DNA of 54,099 bases, taken from assembly GCA_033762915.1 (NCBI GenBank), contig JANRLD010000100.1:1-54099 (forward strand), read 5' to 3'. Position numbers and translations under genes: made by a program. Shown one piece after another: positions 46,527-54,099 of the stretch. The notes below the pieces were generated by a model. It worked only from the letters and a program-made list of their open reading frames with translations, was not told the DNA's origin and made no database searches. How positions within the stretch are numbered: position 1 is the first letter of the stretch; every line of letters starts with the position of its first letter. This stretch comes from Meiothermus sp. GTDB lineage: Bacteria; Deinococcota; Deinococci; Deinococcales; Thermaceae.

Positions 46527-47519
46527 ATGGAGTTCGGAGCGCTCATCATCGCGGGTCTGGTCTTGATCGGCATCTTCATGTTCTTTTACCTGGTTCCGGT
46601 GCCCCTGTGGATCACCGCGCTGTTCTCGGGGGTGCGGGTGGCGCTGGGCTCGCTGGTGGGGATGCGCTTCCGGCGGATTCCGCCCGGGAGGATCGTCAAC
46701 CCCATGATCAAGGCCTTTAAGGCCGGCATTCCGGTGGAGACAGGCAAGCTCGAGGCGCAGTTCCTGGCGGGCGGCAACGTGGACCGGGTGGTTGACGCGC
46801 TGATCGCCGCTGACAAGGCGGGCATCAAGCTAGGCTTCGACCGCGCCGCCGCCATCGACCTGGCGGGCCGCGATGTGCTGGACGCGGTGCGGCTGTCGGT
46901 CAACCCCAAGGTGATCACCAGCCCGATGGTGGCGGGCATGGCGCAGGACGGCATCCAGCTCCTGGCCACGGCGCGAATCACGGTGCGCGCGAACATCGAC
47001 CGCCTGGTGGGCGGCGCGGGCGAGGAGACCATCGTGGCCCGCGTCGGCGAGGGCATCGTGGCCTCGATAGGCCAGTCTATGGATCACAAGCAGGTACTCG
47101 AGCAGCCCGACCGCATCTCCAAGACGGTGCTGGCCAAGGGGCTCGACGCCGGTACCGCCTTCGAGATCCTCTCGGTGGACATCGCCGAGGTGGACGTGGG
47201 CAAGAACATCGGCGCACAGCTGAGAACCGACCAAGCCGAGGCCGATAAGAAGATTGCCCAGGCCAAGGCCGAGGAACGCCGCGCGATGGCGGTCGCCGTC
47301 GAGCAAGAGAACAAGGCCGAGGTCGAGCGGATGCGGGCCAAGCTGGTCGAGGCCCAGGCCGCTGTCCCGCTGGGCATGGCCGAGGCACTGCGCAACGGCA
47401 AGATCGGGGTGATGGACTACTACCAATTGCGCAACGTCGAGGCCGACACCGACATGCGCGAGAGCATCAGCCGCGCCAGCAGCCCCGACGAGAGCGGACA
47501 GAGCGGGACGCAGCGATGA
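46527..47519 (+). CDS. floA: Flotillin-like protein FloA (YqfA)
   Basis: [56 protein letters not shown]. Confidence 0.93.
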   Translation: MEFGALIIAGLVLIGIFMFFYLVPVPLWITALFSGVRVALGSLVGMRFRRIPPGRIVNPMIKAFKAGIPVETGKLEAQFLAGGNVDRVVDALIAADKAGIKLGFDRAAAIDLAGRDVLDAVRLSVNPKVITSPMVAGMAQDGIQLLATARITVRANIDRLVGGAGEETIVARVGEGIVASIGQSMDHKQVLEQPDRISKTVLAKGLDAGTAFEILSVDIAEVDVGKNIGAQLRTDQAEADKKIAQAKAEERRAMAVAVEQENKAEVERMRAKLVEAQAAVPLGMAEALRNGKIGVMDYYQLRNVEADTDMRESISRASSPDESGQSGTQR

Positions 47520-48100
47520 CTCGAGGGGGAGAAGGGAGGATTTATGCAGCTTGACGACCTCCTGGGGCTGCTCTTCCTGTTCTTCTTCGTAATTCTGCCC
47601 GCCATCCAGGGCTTCATGCGGCGCGGGCGGCAGATGCCCGACGACTTCGAGCCCGACAATATCCCGCTGCCCGACGAGGGCAAGGCCAAGCCCTCCACCG
47701 GGCCTGCGCCGGCCCAGCCGGCCCAGTCCGCGCAGCCCGCACAGTCCAGTGCGCCAACGCCGAGCCGCCCCCCCTCCTCTGCCCCGCCGCCGCGTCCGGC
47801 ACCGGCCCCGGTCTCGCCCACGGGCAGTCGTACCCCCCCGCCCCCGCCACGCCCCTCCCAGCCGCAGCAGCCCAGGGTGGGCAAGACCCTTGAGCAGATC
47901 GAGCGCGAGCGCTTGGCTCGCCAGGTCCAGAACCAGCCCCCCCCGCAGCCCAGCCGCCCGGCGCAGCCGCAGCCCCGCGTGGCCCCCCCGGCGGCCGTCC
48001 AGCGCCGCCAGGGCGAGCACTGGGAGTTCTCGAGCACCCCGCATGATATCGTGAACGGCATCGTGTGGAACCAGATCCTGTCCGAGCCAAGGAGCCAATA

Positions 48101-49114
<1,014 letters not shown>

Positions 49115-49146
49115 GCTCGCTCCTGAGCCTCAGTGCCCAGCCCCTT

Positions 49147-49572
49147 ATGCCGGTGGTAGATTTCGTCGCCAACACCAATGTCCCCAGGGGCCTCCGCCCG
49201 AAACTCAGGGCCGCCCTCGAGCGCCTAATGGCCGAGCTCGGCCACGAGGACAAGGGCTTGACCGTGGTCTTCGTCGACGACGCCGAGATCCGGGCCCTTA
49301 AGCTCCAGCACTGGGGCGAGGACGCCGCCACCGACGTGCTGAGCTTCCCCACCTTCGAGCCCGGCGACCCCTTTGTGCCGCCGCACCTGGGCGACATCGT
49401 GATCAGCCTCGAGACCGCCGCCCGGCAAGCCCTCGAGCAGCGGCACAGCCTCGAGGCCGAGGTCAAAATCCTGGCCGCCCACTCGCTGTGGCACCTGCTG
49501 GGCCACGACCACAACAGCGAGAAGGAGTGGGCGGGCTTCAGGAGGGTGCAGACGCGTATACTTGAGCTATAG
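49147..49572 (+). CDS. ybeY: rRNA maturation endoribonuclease YbeY
   Basis: TDVLSFP, LGDIVIS, HSLWHLLGHDH; follows phoH. Confidence 0.94.
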   Translation: MPVVDFVANTNVPRGLRPKLRAALERLMAELGHEDKGLTVVFVDDAEIRALKLQHWGEDAATDVLSFPTFEPGDPFVPPHLGDIVISLETAARQALEQRHSLEAEVKILAAHSLWHLLGHDHNSEKEWAGFRRVQTRILEL

Positions 49573-49660
49573 CAGGAAGGAGGGAGAAGGGGGGCAGGAG
49601 TTAAGAGAAGTCGCCACCGAAAATCAGTGGTTTCTCCCTCCTTTTTCCTCCCTCTTGGCA

Positions 49661-50101
49661 GTGCCGACCCCCAACCCCCCCAAATCCCCCGAAAACGCCG
49701 AGCGTCCCGCGCCTGCTCGTCCCGGCTCCGACCCGCTCCCCCTGCGGGGGCTGCGGGCCTCGTTCGGGTACGCGCTCCAGGGGCTGCGGTTTGCCTGGAA
49801 GGGCCAGCGCAACTTCAGGCTCGAGGTCTACATCGCCGTCGTCGCGGTTGGGATGGCGCTGTGGCTGGGGGTGGAGCTGGTTCTGGTGCTGCTGGTGGTG
49901 GCCCTGGTGCTGGGCCTTGAGCTGATCAACACCGCGCTCGAGGCAGTGGTGGACCTGGCCTCGCCCAACTTTCACCCCCTGGCCAAAGCCGCCAAGGACG
50001 TGGCCGCCGCCGCCGTGCTGGTGGTCAGCCTGCTGGCCGCGCTGATCGGGCTGGTGCTGTTCGTGCCGCCGCTGTGGGGGCGGCTGGGGCTAGGCGGCTG
50101 A
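49661..50101 (+). CDS. dgkA: Diacylglycerol/undecaprenol kinase (DgkA family); start uncertain
   Basis: SFGYALQG..NFR, ELINTALEAVVD, AKAAKDVAAAAV; phoH-ybeY-dgkA synteny. Confidence 0.88.
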   Translation: MPTPNPPKSPENAERPAPARPGSDPLPLRGLRASFGYALQGLRFAWKGQRNFRLEVYIAVVAVGMALWLGVELVLVLLVVALVLGLELINTALEAVVDLASPNFHPLAKAAKDVAAAAVLVVSLLAALIGLVLFVPPLWGRLGLGG

Positions 50102-50137
50102 GGGCTGAGCGCCAACCGCCCCACCCCAGCCGCTCCC

Positions 50138-51256
50138 CTACCTCGCCAACTCGGCCAAAATCCCCGCGATCATGGCGATGCGGTTGGGGACCTGCGGGAC
50201 GAAAATGTTTTCGGTGAGCTGGTGGGCGGCTGCGCCGTAGAGGCCCAGGCCATCGAGGGTGGGTATGCCGAGGGCGGCGGTGAGGTTGCCGTCGGAGCCG
50301 CCCCCTACCCGCCCGGGGCCGAGTTGCAGGCCTACCTCGGCCCCGATCCGCCGGGCCATCTCGAAGAGCTGCATCGAGGCGGGGGTGGGCTCCATCGGGG
50401 GACGGTTCATGCCGCCCTCCACCACCAGCGAGGTGCCCTCGAGTACGGGTTTTAGCGCGTGCATAGCGGCGTGAATGCGCTCCGACTCGGCCTGGGTCCA
50501 GGCCCGCAGGTCTATGTCCACGGTGGCCCGGTCGGGCACCACGTTGGAGGTGGTGCCGCCCCGGACCACGTTGGGGCCGAGGGTGGTGCCCTTCTCGAGG
50601 TCTTGCAGCGCCACCACCCTGGGGATCTGGTGAGCCAGCTCGACGATGGCGTTGCGGCCCTTCTCCGGCTCGACGCCCTGGTGGGCGGCCTGCCCCAGCG
50701 CGGTCAGCTTGTACTGGCCCACGCCCTTGCGCGCCACCTTGAGGTCGCCGTTGCCCATCGGGGCCTCGAGCACCAACACCACCTCGCTGCGCCGGGCAGC
50801 AGCCTCGATCGCGTCCCTCGAGGCCGGCGAGCCCACTTCCTCGTCGGGGGTGAAGAGCAGCTCGAGGTTGGGGACACCCATGCCCAGTTCGTGGCCCGTC
50901 CGTAGCGCCCACAGCAGCTGGACGATGTTGCCCTTCATGTCGTAAATGCCGGGGCCGTAGGCGCGGTCGCCCTCGAGCTTCCACGGCACGTCAAAGGCCC
51001 CGACCGGGTGCACGGTGTCGAAGTGGCACAGCGCCAGCACTTTTTTCCCCGAGCCGGCCAGGCTCAGGCCGAGCATCGGGCCGTTGACGGTCTCCTCGCG
51101 GCGTACAGCCCCAAACGGACTGAACTTCTCGCTGATCCAGTCGGCGACCTTGCTCAGGCCCTCGAGGTCGTGGGAGGGGGCCTCGAGCCGGGTGATGGCC
51201 TCGAGGTCTTGCAGGACGGCGGGAAGTTGGGCTTGGAGGTGGGCTAAGGGGTTCAC
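50138..51256 (-). CDS. M20 family metallopeptidase (glutamate carboxypeptidase-like)
   Basis: HFDTV, GPGIYDMKG, DEEVGS, GGGSDGN, DGLG. Confidence 0.92.
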   Translation of the reverse strand: MNPLAHLQAQLPAVLQDLEAITRLEAPSHDLEGLSKVADWISEKFSPFGAVRREETVNGPMLGLSLAGSGKKVLALCHFDTVHPVGAFDVPWKLEGDRAYGPGIYDMKGNIVQLLWALRTGHELGMGVPNLELLFTPDEEVGSPASRDAIEAAARRSEVVLVLEAPMGNGDLKVARKGVGQYKLTALGQAAHQGVEPEKGRNAIVELAHQIPRVVALQDLEKGTTLGPNVVRGGTTSNVVPDRATVDIDLRAWTQAESERIHAAMHALKPVLEGTSLVVEGGMNRPPMEPTPASMQLFEMARRIGAEVGLQLGPGRVGGGSDGNLTAALGIPTLDGLGLYGAAAHQLTENIFVPQVPNRIAMIAGILAELAR

Positions 51257-51265
51257 CCCGGTATT

Positions 51266-52099
51266 TTACCGCGAAGCCTGGGCGGTCCCCGCGGCCGCGG
51301 CAGCGCCCCAGGCCACCGAGCCGATCCAGCCGCGCAGGGCGGCCACGCTGGTGTAGACGGTGGGCTGGTTGGGGAAGGCGCAGCCGTCGCCGCCGCTGAC
51401 GATGCCCAGCAACACCGGGCGGCGCTCCAGCAGCAGCAGCGGGCCGCCAGAGTCGCCGAAGCAGGCGTCGCGCAGCCCCTCGGGATGCCCGGCGCAGAGG
51501 GTGCGGGGGGTCAGGCGGTCGGCCCCGACCTGCTCGAGGCAGACCTCGCGGCGGCGCACCGGCACCGAGGTTTGCAGCAGTTGGCGGGGGAAGTCGGTCA
51601 GCCTGAGGTCGTAGGGGCTGCGCACCTGTCGGGTGCCGCCCCAGCCCATCACCAGGGCCGGAGCCTGGCGGCGCTCGGCCTGGGCGAGTTGGGCCGGGGT
51701 CGCCAACGCCACCGGGGCCAGACTGACCCAGCGCTCGAGCCGCAGCAGCGCGATGTCGTAGTCGTGGAGGCGGTCGCTATAGCTGGGGTGCACCACGATC
51801 TCCGCCACCCGCACCCGCTTCTTGAGGTCACCCTCCTTGAGGAAGCGCGAGCCCAGCAGCACCCGCAGTTCCTCGGGTCTCTGCCCGTCCACGCAGTGCG
51901 CGGCGGTCACGATCCACCGGCCCGAGATCAGGCTCCCACCGCAGAACTGGGCTTCCAGCCCGTCGCGCTTTTTGGTGTCCAGAACCGCCACCATGAAGGG
52001 CCAGGTCTTCGCGGGCTCGCCACCTACGATAGCGAACGCCGGGCCACACAGCAAAAAGCCGAGCAGCAGGGAGGCAAAGCGCGGGGCGCAGGGTGCCAT
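51266..52099 (-). CDS. Secreted trypsin-like serine protease (S1)
   Basis: Signal peptide then IVGG, TAAHC, DIALL, GDSGGP catalytic triad. Confidence 0.95.
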   Translation of the reverse strand: MAPCAPRFASLLLGFLLCGPAFAIVGGEPAKTWPFMVAVLDTKKRDGLEAQFCGGSLISGRWIVTAAHCVDGQRPEELRVLLGSRFLKEGDLKKRVRVAEIVVHPSYSDRLHDYDIALLRLERWVSLAPVALATPAQLAQAERRQAPALVMGWGGTRQVRSPYDLRLTDFPRQLLQTSVPVRRREVCLEQVGADRLTPRTLCAGHPEGLRDACFGDSGGPLLLLERRPVLLGIVSGGDGCAFPNQPTVYTSVAALRGWIGSVAWGAAAAAGTAQASR

Positions 52100-52274
52100 G
52101 ACTCACCGTAGCAAACCCCGGCTGAGGAATTGGGTCAAAAACTAAAGTCCGGGTTAAGGACCCTTAACGCTCCGGACCGGGCCACCCCGATACGGTGTTC
52201 CCGACGACACATCCGCCGCCCCTCCCCCGGATGGGGGATGGCGACCTGGACGGCCCGCCGTTCGATTGGAGGGC

Positions 52275-53429
52275 TCAGGCCGGGCCCTCGGCCTCCGGCC
52301 CGGCGGGCTCCTCTTCCCCCTCCTCCCCCTCCTCGGGATTGCGCTTCATCAGCTCGCGCAGCACCGCCGTGGCGTAGGCCCCCTTAGGGAGGAAAAAGCT
52401 GACCCACAGGCCCTCGGGGGCTTCCTCCACCGACCAGTCGGCCAACGGCAGGCGGATCAGCCGCCGATCGCCGAAGCGGCGGTCGAAGTGGGCTCGAGTC
52501 AGCTCGTAGTGGGCCAGGATTTCGTCCTCGAGGGCGCGCGCCGCCCCCTGCGCCTCGCGGTACTTCTTCCCGTACAACGGCCCCGTGGCGCTGATCTCAA
52601 AGCGCAAGGCCCTGGGGTTCTCGAGCCCGGCGTCCTCGACCACGAACTCCCCCCCGCTGTCGTGCTTCTTGGCCACGTCGCCTTCGATAACCTGGTTAAA
52701 GGTGCCCTGCTCGAGGCGCACCTGCACCCAGTCGTTGAACAGCAGGCTTTGCAGGCTGCTGACCAAAAACTTCTTCAGCCAGGGGAGCACGTGAACCCGC
52801 CCCCCCGTCACCAGGTCGTAGCCCCGCTCGGCGTTGCGCCCCCCCAGCCCGAACCGCTGCGGGCCGAAGTAGTTGGGTATGCCCTGGGCGGCCAGGGTGG
52901 AGAGGATTGCCGAGGCTTGCGCCTGTCGGGCCTCGGGCGTCGGGCCTCGAGGATCGGCAGAACTTTGGTTTTGGCCCTCGACCCCCGAGGCTTGACTCTC
53001 GACGGTCCGGATCAAAATCCGAAACCGATTCCCCCGCAAATGCCCGATCTTCAGCTTGTTCGAGTGGCGGGCGACCTCGAGCACCCGGATGCCCTCCAGG
53101 CCGCCCAGGGCGCCCAGGCGGGGCTCGAACTTGGCGGGTAGGCTGAACCACTGGCGGGTCAGGGCGCGCTTGTCCTTGAGGCCCGCCACTCCGATGTCTT
53201 TCTCCTTGACCCCCAGGGTGTCGCGGACGCGCTCCAAGAGCTGCCGGGTAGTCAGGCCTTCTTTCTCGAGGTACACAAACAGGTGCTCCCCCTCGCCCGA
53301 AAGCGGGTAGGCGGGTAGCTCGGTGACCTGGAAGTCGGTGTTCTGCCGCCGGATTTCCCCGCCGATTCCGGCTAAATTGGGAGTCAGGTAGGGGTAGCGG
53401 TCGAAATCAAACCTCAGCGAAGGCGGCAC
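52275..53429 (-). CDS. truD: tRNA pseudouridine(13) synthase TruD
   Basis: DFQVTE, GEGEH, AGLKDKRALTRQW, GNRF, PNYFGPQRFG, F.LPKGAYAT. Confidence 0.95.
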   Translation of the reverse strand: MPPSLRFDFDRYPYLTPNLAGIGGEIRRQNTDFQVTELPAYPLSGEGEHLFVYLEKEGLTTRQLLERVRDTLGVKEKDIGVAGLKDKRALTRQWFSLPAKFEPRLGALGGLEGIRVLEVARHSNKLKIGHLRGNRFRILIRTVESQASGVEGQNQSSADPRGPTPEARQAQASAILSTLAAQGIPNYFGPQRFGLGGRNAERGYDLVTGGRVHVLPWLKKFLVSSLQSLLFNDWVQVRLEQGTFNQVIEGDVAKKHDSGGEFVVEDAGLENPRALRFEISATGPLYGKKYREAQGAARALEDEILAHYELTRAHFDRRFGDRRLIRLPLADWSVEEAPEGLWVSFFLPKGAYATAVLRELMKRNPEEGEEGEEEPAGPEAEGPA

Positions 53430-53513
53430 TGGTATAGCCTATAGGATAGGTTGCGCTTTGGGGGATTTCTGAGGCCGACGAAGTGTGAGATGGGGCGGGC
53501 TTAGGGGAGACAC

Positions 53514-54099
53514 GTGGCGGCAGCGGGGGACAATTTCGAGCGGCTAGAGGCGCGGTTCGCCAACCACCTGGCCCACCTGGTGCCCGAGGGGCCGCTGGTG
53601 GCAGGGGTTTCGGGCGGCAGCGACTCGGTGGCGCTGCTGCTGCTGCTGACCTCGACCCCCAAGCGGGTGATCGTGGCCCACGTGGACCACGGGCTGCGCC
53701 CCGAGTCGGAGGCCGACGCCCAGTGGGTGCGGGCGCTGGCGGAGCGCCTGGGCTACGCCTTCGAGACCGAGCGCTTCCAGGTGGCCCAGATTGCGGAGGA
53801 GAAGGGGGGAAACCTCGAGGCGGTGGCCCGCGAGATCCGCTACAGCTTCTTCGCCCGAGTGGCCAAGAAGCACCGGGCCGGGGCCATCCTGACCGCCCAC
53901 ACCCAGGACGACCAGGCCGAGACCGTGCTGCTGCAGCAGGTACAGGGAACGGGCCGCGCCCTGGGGATGCGCCCCAAGCGGGGCAAGGTGGTGCGGCCGC
54001 TCCTGGAGACCAGCCGCCCGGTGTTGCGGGCCTACCTCGAGGCCAAAGGCCAGGACTGGCTGGAAGACCTCTCTAACGCCGACACCTCGCTCGACCGCA
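53514..54099 (+). CDS. tilS: tRNA(Ile)-lysidine synthetase TilS, 3'-truncated by the window edge
   Basis: Manually translated frame (absent from the ORF track because it has no stop): VSGGSDS PP-loop, HVDHGLR, EAVAREIRY, TAHTQDDQAET, RPLL, EDLSN. Confidence 0.93.
   Translation, partial: MAAAGDNFERLEARFANHLAHLVPEGPLVAGVSGGSDSVALLLLLTSTPKRVIVAHVDHGLRPESEADAQWVRALAERLGYAFETERFQVAQIAEEKGGNLEAVAREIRYSFFARVAKKHRAGAILTAHTQDDQAETVLLQQVQGTGRALGMRPKRGKVVRPLLETSRPVLRAYLEAKGQDWLEDLSNADTSLDR

Noticed and set aside
46830..48098. 422-aa minus-strand ORF
   Set aside because: Antisense to floA and the proline-rich gene

Overview
GC-rich bacterial chromosomal window, most likely Deinococcota (Meiothermus/Calidithermus-like). 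The assignment rests on Thermus-type Nox, SpeD, double-OB SSB and PilA4-like pilins, leaderless genes, and very frequent CTCGAG. Left part: ABC transporter, USP, PaaK-like ligase, HTH/P450 pair, nox, a mycobacterial Sdh1-type succinate dehydrogenase operon, TPR-GGDEF and speD. Middle: pilT, wzc, a Wzx/WbaP glycan cluster with two O-antigen-ligase-like genes, and three type IV pilins, two of them ~97% identical. Right: ftsE, hpf, yigZ, aroE, nfeD-floA, phoH-ybeY-dgkA, M20 peptidase, trypsin-like protease, truD and partial tilS. Best candidate for an undescribed system is a ~4 kb divergent module at 19.8-23.8 kb. Both of its promoters are overlapped by 17-bp boxes resembling the Deinococcus RDRM (IrrE/DdrO operator). 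It encodes a phage Gp3/RDF-like protein, a tail-less SSB paralog, a small protein with an SSB-like acidic PF tail, and three co-oriented proteins ending in basic-Ala-Ala degron-like tails. Also noted: MITE/REP-like repeats, structured 5' leaders on speD and hpf, and a duplicated sdhB 3' end. All family calls are by eye from motifs; no database searches were run.
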